A stretch of 64,000 bases of DNA from Podarcis gaigeae (Eukaryota): NCBI GenBank assembly GCA_964106915.2, contig OZ066914.1; one strand, 5' to 3'. Positions 54,201-64,000 of this stretch are shown piece by piece (the stretch's first letter is position 1; the number at the start of each line of letters is the position of its first letter). Both the position numbers and the translations under genes were made by a program. The notes under the pieces are model-generated. The model was given only the letters and a program-made list of their open reading frames with translations. It was not told where the DNA came from and did not search any database.

Positions 54201-56380
54201 TTGGATCACCTGGTCCCAGAAGACATGGCCCCAGTAATCTTCACTCGAGGTGCCATTAGAAAGGCCTCCAGGGCTAATTCCGGAGAACGGGAAGTCAGAA
54301 GAACCCAGGGGAGGAATGGCACTCAGCAGGTAATAGAGGCATCCATAAACAGCCTGGCTCAGTGAAAGAGGTCCCTCAACTTCCACACAGCATCCTTTCC
54401 AGAGGGCTGTCCACGCCTGGACGTGAGACACATACAATGAACGAGAGACAATCAGTGACATTCCTTCACTAAAGCTCCTTTTCACGTCCTCTTCACTCTC
54501 TGCCACGGCTGTGAGGAACTCCCAGGTCTTTTCCTTCTCCTCCTCAGGGAGGGTCACTGCTTGTAGCACTGGGGTCCAGATCACGTGTACAGTAGGCTGA
54601 GGGCCACCCTCCACCTCAGGGACCAAAGTCTTTCCATAGATGTAGCTAAAGGAGAGAGGGAGAGAAAAGCTGCAGGAAGGAAGACCTTATGGTTCTTTCA
54701 TCAGATCAGAGAATCACACAAGGAATTCAAACCCCATCTCTAACTCTACCATTAATCCTGCCACTGGTTTCCTAGCTCCCATCCACATCCTGCGCAAAAT
54801 CTTTGTCCTCCTTACTTTTCAAACTCTCCGTGTCTTTGCCCTACCTCCAAGGCAGATATTTTGGACTACAACTCTTTTGGACTACAACTCTCATCCTAAG
54901 AACATAAAAATATATCAAGATATACATGGTAGATCTTCTCCCCCCTTAATCTGCCAACATCTTCTGAATGGGGCTGCCATTGTTCCTTGGGCTTGCCTGT
55001 ATTCAAACACAGGGACATAAGAAGTTGCCTTCAGGAACGCAGATCATTGTTCCATCTAGTTTGGCACTGTTTCAGGCAGAAGTCTTTCCAAGGACTCCCT
55101 GGAGATGCCAGAGACCTGGACCTTCTGCATGCAAAGTATGTGTTCTACCTCTGAGCTATGGCTTCTCCTCCAAACCACAGGAAGTACTCATTTCTTTCTG
55201 CCGCTGTCTTTAAATCTCAGGGGAAGGAGGACAACACAAATCTGACCAAATCTTCTCATGATGATACTCACTGAGCTCCCTGGAAATCTGCCCCTCTGTG
55301 CAAGTCCAGGTCTGGACTCTCAGGTGTGAATTGGGTCTGTAGATTGACAATAATGGGTTCGCCTTCAAGCGTTGACCTCTGGATGGTTACGCTGAAGGCC
55401 AGAAGGTGAACAAGGGATTGGTGGGCATAGATCCTGTGAGTGGCTGTATAACCCGGAGCCTGGATTGTGTGGATATAGGTCCCTGCAGGAAAAAGGAAAG
55501 AAAATGATCCATGTGAATTCAGATTCTTACACTTTTATTTACGTTTAAAAGAAAGCCTAACACCACAAATTTCACACAAGGTCTGTCTGGTTCAAAGTTC
55601 ACTTTTGGGACAAGAACATCTAAACACAATCTACAACTCTAAAATGATATACTTGGACAAATAATGAGGTTAAAAAAACCCTTTGTTTTGTTATTTACTG
55701 AAATAAGAATTATATCAGGCACCCTATGGAATTGAAAAAATGTCTAGTAGCCCAAGAAGACAGGAAAACTTCCAGATCTTACAACACATTGTACTGGAAA
55801 AATTGATTACATTTGAATCCTAAGTTTCCTCTGGAGTGGTATATTTTGGATTCCATTTAAGCTTTATTTCAAAACTGGTTGATAGACTACAATTAGCTCC
55901 CAAAAAACTTAGTGAACTTTGTGCTAAGTGGGAATTTAAATCCAGGACATCCTGAGCCCAATACCAGCACACTCTATTCAATGTTCACCTTTGTCTCTTT
56001 AAAAGTAAGAGCTTCCTTTTAAAACAATGCCCATGCTCAGTGCAAGCTAAATAACCTAGCCCCATCATTGTGGCATTGCTGCATTTGCAATGAAAAGCAA
56101 GAAAGGAAGGGCAACAACACTGTTGACACTTACCTGTCCTGGTGTCCAACGAGAAAGTCTCGGTCAGGCTGTCCTCAGCAGCCACACTCATTTTGACATT
56201 AATAGGGCTGGGAACATCAGCACGATGACAGTCCCCGACTGCTCCATTATACACCCCGTTTACATGCAAGATGTCCCTGTAGACACGAGTGCCCAGGTAG
56301 GCGTTGGTCACCGTGGCAAGGAGACGGGGGTCAGAGGGCAAATTGCCAGAGGTGAACACAGCAGGATCTTCCTCTGCCAT
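45205..56380 (-). CDS. PGGHG: Protein-glucosylgalactosylhydroxylysine glucosidase (ATHL1), GH65 family; about 689 aa
   Basis: 13 GT-AG coding exons with consistent phases: 56134-56380, 55272-55482, 54210-54645, 52940-53059, 52288-52419, 51806-51917, 50839-50911, 49613-49749, 47985-48118, 47752-47847, 47551-47648, 45734-45948, 45205-45263 (2070 nt). Motifs [31 protein letters not shown] and [16 protein letters not shown]. Confidence 0.96.
47178..47516. mobile_element. hAT MITE in a PGGHG intron
   Basis: Termini cagcagcatagcta and tagctatgcctctg; degenerate TSD tgtacatt/tgcacatg. Confidence 0.55.
51996..52121 (+). mobile_element. tRNA-Ile-derived SINE with CR1 tail
   Basis: ggatagctcagttggttagcgcttggtgctgataa...gcaggttcgatcccc, then cccttccagctctatgattc. 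Confidence 0.7.
53825..54066. mobile_element. Tigger/pogo-type MITE
   Basis: TA|cagtggtacctcgggtta ... taacccaaggtaccactg|TA. Confidence 0.88.
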
Positions 56381-58315
56381 GGCAACATACCACAGGCAGC
56401 TGAAAACAATGTGATGGCACACAGTGAATATTTCATCAGATGAGAAATGTTATGCGTGTAATCACAATACTCAGCACTAAGGCACACAAAATGAAATGTA
56501 AGCTCGGAGCTGGATGGAGGCATGAAAAATGTTCTTATACGGAAGTCGAAACATTGTGTTGCTGTGCTTAGGCTGATCAGGCAGAGAGGAAGACAGGGAT
56601 TGTCTCAGATAATAATTTTGAAAATTGGATCTCTTCTCATCTCTTCAGGACAAGATGGACCTGCTCAATTTCTCTCTTCTATGCGGTTTTAACAGAGAGG
56701 AATCCTGGCTTCTTTGGCATCTGGCTGTCCACTGAAGGAGGGAACTTTCTCAGAGAACAATGCCCTGCGACTCCAGTCTCAGTCTCCCACTCAGCCACAG
56801 GAAGCTTGGTTGTGCCCAAGGACTTGAATGTCCTTCCTCCCTTACTGGCAAGATTCTCTCTTACGAAGATGAAACCAAAAGGAGAGGACTGATCTTTCCC
56901 TCACTTTCCATAGGTCAGAAAAAAAGGTTCCTGCTCATGCATATATGAAAATTTTCAAATACTAGATGCTAATGCAAAAACCTGTTTTTAAGAGTCATAG
57001 TTGTGACAAGATATGTTCCATTGCAGCAGTCTGACCATGTAAGAACTCGGGCATCTGCAGGATTTTTTCCAGGAGAGATGCAGCAAAGTACAAAATGTAC
57101 ATAGATACATAACTAGTGCCAAAGGACAGGTCTATCATTTCTGGTAGATCTGGTGACTAAGTGGTGGTGAGGCCTGGGGACCACATCTACTAAGCTGAGT
57201 AGTAAGTGCCTTTGAGGAACTAATATACCATAGTTCTCCCATTCTGTTAATTTTTCGATGGGCAGATTTACTGATCATTGCAGACTTGCTGTTTTGACAA
57301 TATTTTTCCACCACAACTGAAACGCTTCAGTTTTTTCCCTGGCTCCCTTTGCCCTGCACACACTTAATTCATTGCACTGCTGCTCCAAATAACACCACAG
57401 TCCCCTCGCATTTTCCCTTTTAAAAACAGAAGAAAACGTGGGAAGAGTACACTGCAGGGCTGCCACTCTCTACTGCAGCACCAGCAAAATGGGTATATCA
57501 CTGGTCTGTTTCTTAAGGCTAATGTACTCTCTGTTCTCTCAGCAATATTATCTTTGTTATTACAGGGTGAGTCCTTTAAAAGAGGCCCTGTGGATACAGA
57601 GTACACATGTTGCATGGGGCCTCTTTTAAAAGGCTCACCCTGTATTAGCATGGCAATTTTACAAGAAGAAAATCACATGTATGGAAAATAAGCCCAGAAT
57701 ACGAAAGCTCAATCACAGCTACAATCTACGGTATTTCTGACTTTCCCCAATGGAACAGCAATCACTCCCCTGTCCAGAAACACTCACTCCAAAAGGTCAG
57801 CGAGCGGATGGGGGGCGCTCAAAAAATTAACCAGGAAATTTCTACTCCACCTTTCTTTTGGTTAATTGGCTAGCTCCGATTTCTTATTGTTACGACTTCA
57901 TTCATTGGCTACACACAGTGAAAGGCGGGAGCAAAGTTAGTTTCTTAAAAAAAAAAAAAAAACACCTCCCATCTCAAATGTCACAAGCTTTGCTGCGATT
58001 ATTATTGAAAAGTTGCTTCCCCTCTCTCCACTGCCATGCTGGCAGTTTGGGGAAACTCCGCTTCTCTCACTCAACAGGTATAATAACAACACTTTCCTGG
58101 CGATTTTCCTGCAAAAAAGCTCCCTCTGCTCGTCCGCGCTGAGGATCGAGCAAAACACGCACACGCGACATAGACATTTAACCATCTTAATGTAGGTGTT
58201 AAGCAATTCCATAAATGTCTACTCAGAAGTAAGGGCCATTGAGTCAGATCGGGCTGACTAGTCCCAGGTAAGTGCAAGCCTTGGAGTAAGCCCCATTTGG
58301 ATCAATGGCACTTAC

Positions 58316-58515
58316 CGCGCTAAAAGACGTGGCGAACTGGAGGCCAGTTCATACTACAGTACAGGCAAAGAGGGAACGGATGAGTTGCCTCGGGAAAACA
58401 ATGGTTGGGTCTTGCCTTGAATCAGGTCGCTGAGATCCGGACAGTCCTCCGGATTGCTGCTGGAGGTGGAGCCGCCGGAGGACGACGGGGGCGGGGAGAT
58501 CGCAGAAGAGGGATC
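58316..58515 (-). other. Candidate non-coding 5' exon of PGGHG
   Basis: CpG-rich 200-nt block with a pyrimidine-rich acceptor (ccttctcctccctcctgggcttccag) and a strong donor (GCG|gtaagt). Stops in all three frames. Confidence 0.45.
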
Positions 58516-61500
58516 CTGGAAGCCCAGGAGGGAGGAGAAGGAAATACGTTTAACTTTTAAAAAAGCAATAACAACTTCCAGCCGGAGATAATTAACTTCG
58601 CGTGTGTCCTATAATATTGTAATCTGAGCAAGGGAAACATAGCAGGGTACACAGATTGCGCCGAAAAAGATTTAATTATCTGGTTAATCACTTTTTCGCA
58701 CGGAGAGGAAATTTCCCGCTTAGTGTCCTGCGAGTCAGTCAGCAAAGAGATCAAGGGAGAAGCAGCAAACAATAAAGAGCGAAAAAACAGCAAAAGGCAA
58801 GGAAACCAGGAGTTCCAGAGCAAAGAAACATATGCAACAGAGAAATTCCCGTGAAATAAAAGATTCATTCCCTTCACACCTGAGGCTGCCTACAGACTAT
58901 ACATTTGAAGCACATCCTTCCGGATCCTGGGAACTGTAGTTTACTACTCCCATATATTGTATGTATTGCACATTGTTCCCAGCACCCACAACAAACTACA
59001 GTTCACATGTTTTTTTGGTGTGTGAGATTTAAGGGGGGGGGAACCTGGATGAATCTTCTGGTACCATCAAGATCTACCTTGGGATCTGCTGCCCCTGTGG
59101 ATCCCGCCACCTGAGGCAGTCGCCTCACCTTGCCTTATGAGTGGGCCGGCCCTGGCACCATGATACAAGTTTTTGTGGCGGGTAGGTGGACTAGAGTCCA
59201 CATTATGCTTTAGTAAACATGTTAGTGAATAAGTTACCACAGGACTCTTGGTTGTTTGTACTGCAGTGGGTCTGGGAAATGGGTGGAAAAGGGACAAAAA
59301 GAGGGAAAAAACTCTTTTCGTTTTGAAAATGAATGTCCTTCTTTTGTGCCTGGAGCACACCATTTGCCTCCAGGAAGGCAAGTCCAGCAAACATCTTGTC
59401 TATTCTGTCTGGTAGATCAGTTTCTGTGGTGCCTCTAGTGATGTGATGCCAATTTTTAGGGGTCTCTCTTCCTGGACTACTTTTAAAACCATAGGCTTGG
59501 AAAATGTTTAAGGGCAATGAAATACACAGTAAGCCTGCAACTTATTCATCTTTAATTTGTACTCATTCTTCTTTACATGCTTGCCATTTTTTTAAAAAAA
59601 CAAAACAGAAATTTAAAAAGGGGCAGGCACCCAGGAAAAAAGACTTTGGCAATCCCACTTGCCCTTGAACCCAATGTGTTTTTATGAAACACAATATTGG
59701 CTTTAGGTGTGATCCATGGAAAGTAACCACCAGAAAAGTTGAAGGCATACTCCCAAAGCATAGTCATTTTAAAGAAGAAAGTCCATATGCATTTGAAGAT
59801 GACGTATGAAGTGTGTGCGCTGCGTGTATTTTCACTTTTTAAAAAAATAACTTTACTTTGTTACACCTTCTCTTTGCCCTTACTCTGAAGAAGTAAGAGC
59901 ACAGTGGTCATTGGGCCCCACAAATAACTCAGAGATGCATTTTAAATAAAAGCACACATTCTACTCATGTAAAAACATGCTGATTCCCAGACCGGATGTA
60001 GAAGGCAATTGGGCCGGATCTGGCCCCTGGACCTTAGGTTGCCTACCGCTGCTCTACACCATTCATAACCCGCCTCTATTATGCCCCTGGTTTCTTGCCT
60101 GTTTTCTAAACTGTTGGGGCAACATTGCCCCAAATGTTGTAACCTTTCTTCATAGGAGTTGCTGAAATCCCTTGATCATTTTGATAGACCATGCATGCTG
60201 TTATCCTTGCCTCTAAATGTGCTTGTCCCCCTCAGGTTGCTCCATTCTTAGTTCCATGCTATTGGTGGTTGGCATCTCTCATCTGTTCTTCCCACCTACC
60301 CATCACTATCTGAGCTGGACCTGGGAATTAACCTGCAGAGAGAGTCAGGAATGATGCTGATGGCTGAGGGGGTGAAACACCCAGAGTGCAAGACACAGAA
60401 ACTGGTGTAAGTGATGGGTTAGCATTCTATTTCTGTGTTTGCTATTTCTGCTAGAATCATAAAATCCTGTGCCTGACCCAGTTCATTACAAAGAAAACGT
60501 CATCTTCTTTTACTTGGTTCCTGTATATTTATGTATCTTTTTCAATCATTGCTGCTAAAAATGTGGTTTGGACAAACAACTCATACTCTAATAGCCCACC
60601 GGTCCCAGTGTGATGTTTCCAAACATCTTTCTAGAAGAAAATATAACTATTCCAGATAAAAATCAAAGTATTGCTTCACTCTCTTTCTTCTGCTACATGC
60701 TGGCCAACACCCAACAAGAGAGCTGCCCGCCTGCTATTCTGTGTGTTTCTCTGAGCCAATACCTCTTTGTTAGCTGCATATGTAAACAGTGGTAAAACTC
60801 TTTTACAGCCAACTCATTACAGCTTCAAATTGTAATTTAGTTCTACTGTTGTATGAAAAAAACACCATGCTTAATGGAAAAATACAGAAGCTTTCTTTAC
60901 AATGCAAACTAAAAATGCAGCAGTTTATTTACATTAAACATAACTTTAATACTGTATAATGCAAGGAATCCCAGAGGTGCTGCCACACTGAAAGCTCGAA
61001 CTTCTTTCAGATGTGGAGTGAACATCATATGGTCATTGCAGGAGTGCAAGGTCTGCACAGCAAAATGGTCAGGTAGGCACATGTGGTGGGGAATCCCTAA
61101 GGTAAACTGGTCTCAAGCTCTTAAAGAGCTTTCTATAGAATAGTAAGACCTTGAACTTGACAGCCAGTGCAGGTCTTTGAGCGGAGGTATGATTTGGTGG
61201 CAGGATCTCTCTCCTGTCAGCAGTCATTCTACACTAACTACAGCTTCCAGGCAAGCTGCAAGGGAACCCATCCCCCCCCGCAGTGCGTTGCGGTACTCTT
61301 AACCTTGAAGTACAGTATAGTGACTCTTCACCTAAAGGGAGCAGCCTAAAATGGGGCAGCTCAAAAAAGAGCTGAAACATTTGGTTTCCTGACTTGGGAG
61401 TGTGTGTTTCAGTGAGAGGGGGCAATTCATGTTTGCAAATACCCAGTTCAGACAAAAAAATGCATGCAGCAACTGAGATCCTGCAAATCACAGTCCGTCT

Positions 61501-61559
61501 GTGAACAGCTCCTAGGGAGAGGCAACAATTATTATATATAGGACCTCAGGCTAAGTATC

Positions 61560-62200
61560 CCGGGTTTCTTTTTCTTTTTGCGGGTGGGTAGGCAAACTCC
61601 TTCCTCGCTGTGGGCAAGTTCAGGGAGGGCAGGCGACTGTTTGGGCGAAGAGGGGCTCTGGATCTGGAGCGCAGCAACCTGCGAGGCAAGGCCGTTGCCT
61701 GCTGCGTCACCAGCGCTGTGCGTGCCTTTCGCGTTTATGGGAAAGTGACGCGCCTGACTCCTTAAAAGTCCAGAAAAAACCCTGGCGGCACTGCGAGGAG
61801 AGATGGGCGCTGGAGCAGCGGGAAGCCGAGCGGTGAGATGCGCCCGAGTGGCCGCGCCTGCTTTTTCTGCCCTTCCCTCAGCTGGGCCCTTCCCCCGCTG
61901 TCGTCTGAACCGGCCTCGCGGCTCAGATCTCCCGAGTCTGGGCTCTTCCCTTCTCACGTCGCAGCCTGGAAAAAGGGGCGTGGGGTGGAGGCGAGAGGGG
62001 CCACGATTCTCACCCCTCCTCGATCTGAGGGGGAAGCTGCGATGTGAGAAAGGCACTCTGCGTGGTCTCAGAGACCTGTTGCGTCATTAGTGCATCACGT
62101 GATATCCCAGGGCAAGGTTTTTGTCGCTTTTCTGAGCATGTAGCTGTGCGGTTTGGAAAGATGAAGATGTGCGGCGTTAGACGCGCGTGTTTATTAAGCA
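61560..62200. promoter_or_regulatory. CpG island, likely the PGGHG promoter, possibly bidirectional
   Basis: CpG-dense. Minus-strand donor GGG|gtgaga at 62013/62014 and plus-strand donor GCG|gtgaga at about 61833; TCACGTGA at 62095-62102; TTGCGTCA at 62079-62086. Confidence 0.55.
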
Positions 62201-63367
62201 CTTAAATAATAGGCAGTGTCAGGGGCACAATGCGTTCAGTTGTCGTGTTTAAACTGCCGAAGCCCGTATTGAAACACCACTATCTTTTGGGCGGGAATAT
62301 CTTCTTTCATCTTCGGGCAGGTAACGCTTCATCACCTTCTTAACGCCCTGAAAGCGCCCTTCTTCTTGCACCTGTTGCTGAACTAAAGGAATATCCATAA
62401 AATAATCATCCTGTATAGCAGATAAGAACTACTGACTGCCTACTGTGGAGAAACCACAACTGACACAAGGTGTAAGAAAGGTGCAAAGCAAGCTTTGTAT
62501 CCTTTTGGGGTTATTTCTCTCTTTCATAATGTGTCTGAAGGGAAATTTGTGAGGTGGGAAAACCTGCTTCTAAAACCTATGCCAGGGCTCAGTTACAGTG
62601 TTGAAGAATACTTCCTGCTAATCTCCTTAAAAAATAAATAAATCCCCACATTTGTTTTAGTTATTGCTCTTAATTGATTTTTTTTCTTTTACAAACATGC
62701 ATTTTCTTTTTATTTCTGTTAATCTTTGAATGTTTCAAAAAACTGACATGGGGGAGTGGGATAAAATGGTTTTATAAAAACCATGTTTAAGACGTGCTGG
62801 CTTGTTTACATGCTTGCTTGCTTTCTGTATGCAGGAGGAGAGTCAGCCAGTGTTTCTTTTCTTAGGAGTATTGCAGGGAAGACACTCTACACATCATGCT
62901 CAGGGCATGTTGATATAATAATTACTTTGTTTTAGCCATCATCTGAAATGTGTGTGTCATTAACACTGATGACTAAGATTTCAGAACCTGCTTTCCAATT
63001 TCCAGATAACAGGTTTTAGTTTATCACAATTAATTTAATTTAAATATTTACATCCTCTCTTTCTACCCAAGGCAGGTCTTCAAGGGGATAACAACATGAC
63101 TGAGTCACTGCAAATAATTCCACAACTAAAATAAGAACTAACCCATAATAGTCAGTCAGATCAAATAAATGCCACTGGAAGCCTAAGGAAAGAAGACATT
63201 TTAACTTGTTGTGCCCAAGCTTAGTAATACCAAAATGTTTTAAATTTGTCCAGTAATTGCTTTTATTTTGAGTAAGCGCTGCAGATTTGTTAGGCGCTGG
63301 TGAAATATGGTCAATCCTATTGGCCTTGGTTCATAACATAATGGCCTTACTAATGGATATTTCTGTT

Positions 63368-63513
63368 CAGTGGCGTAGCGTGGGGGTGCAGGGGGCCCCG
63401 GCCGCACCGGGCGCAACATCTGGGGGTTAGGGTTAGGGTGCGCAAATCCACGGGTTAGGGGGCACAAATTACTTGCCTTGCCCCAGGTGCTGACAACCCA
63501 CGCTACGCCACTG
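63368..63513. mobile_element. hAT MITE
   Basis: TIRs cagtggcgtagcgtggg and cccacgctacgccactg; direct flanks ttctgtt. Confidence 0.8.
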
Positions 63514-63639
63514 TTCTGTTCTAATGGAAGCTTCTCAGCAATCTTCAAGGCCTGATCCCTGCAGATGAAAATGAAGTAATCTAGAATTATGTTAAGGGAA
63601 CATGCTAGGTAATTTATTGGATTGTTCCATGGGGATAGC

Positions 63640-63779
63640 CATGGGTGTAGCCAGGATTATTGTTTGGGGGGGCAGGCCTTTTGTTGTGGGCAGAATCTGA
63701 GTTTGCTATGTATTTTTACTGAATTTTATCATTTTAGCAGGGGCAGTTGCCCCTCCCTGCCCCTCTGGCTACGCCCATG
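63640..63779. mobile_element. hAT MITE inserted into the head of a tRNA-derived SINE (63631-63907)
   Basis: TIRs catgggtgtagccag and ctggctacgcccatg. The SINE continues ttcagttggttagagcatgg..., ending in a CR1 tail. Confidence 0.65.
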
Positions 63780-64000
63780 GTGATGGTTCAGTTGGTTAGA
63801 GCATGGTACCGATAACACTAGGGTTGCAGGTTTGATCCCCATAAGGGACACCTGAATTGCAGGGGGTTGGCCTAGATCATCCTTGGGGTCCCTTCCAACT
63901 CTATGATCTCTTTAGCTTGCTTTTCACAATCTCTAAGTAACAGCTTTTCATCTTTTTGTGTGGCCCCAGATCTGAGAACAGAGTCCTTTTATGAGATCGC

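Overview
Eukaryotic genomic DNA, very probably from a lacertid lizard (Podarcis-type Sauria SINEs and squamate CR1, L1, RTE, hAT and Mariner repeats). The window covers the amniote IFITM locus. On the + strand are four tandem, co-oriented two-exon immune-type IFITM/CD225 genes (called A-D here; only exon 2 of A is inside the window), followed by IFITM5. On the - strand, converging on IFITM5, is a complete PGGHG/ATHL1 gene (13 coding exons, about 689 aa). The most striking feature lies between IFITM5 and PGGHG: a 1.8-kb non-autonomous hAT-type DNA transposon (39169-41003, perfect 8-bp TSD CTTCCCAG). It has captured the GC-rich 5' end of a Na+/K+-ATPase beta subunit gene, most like ATP1B3 (5'UTR, intact first coding exon, splice donor, start of intron 1), making it a vertebrate Pack-TIR element, with a Mariner/pogo-type element nested inside. 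Other notable items: an L1 insertion with a 146-bp target-site duplication; an RTE insertion with a twin-priming-like inversion; an orphan IFITM 3'UTR that marks a deleted paralogue; and divergent IFITM proteins (a Ser-Gly glycosaminoglycan-type tail, a PSAP late-domain motif, altered palmitoylation and GxxxG motifs, and a perfect ISRE in only one promoter). All identifications come from reading the sequence and remembered family motifs; no database search was run.
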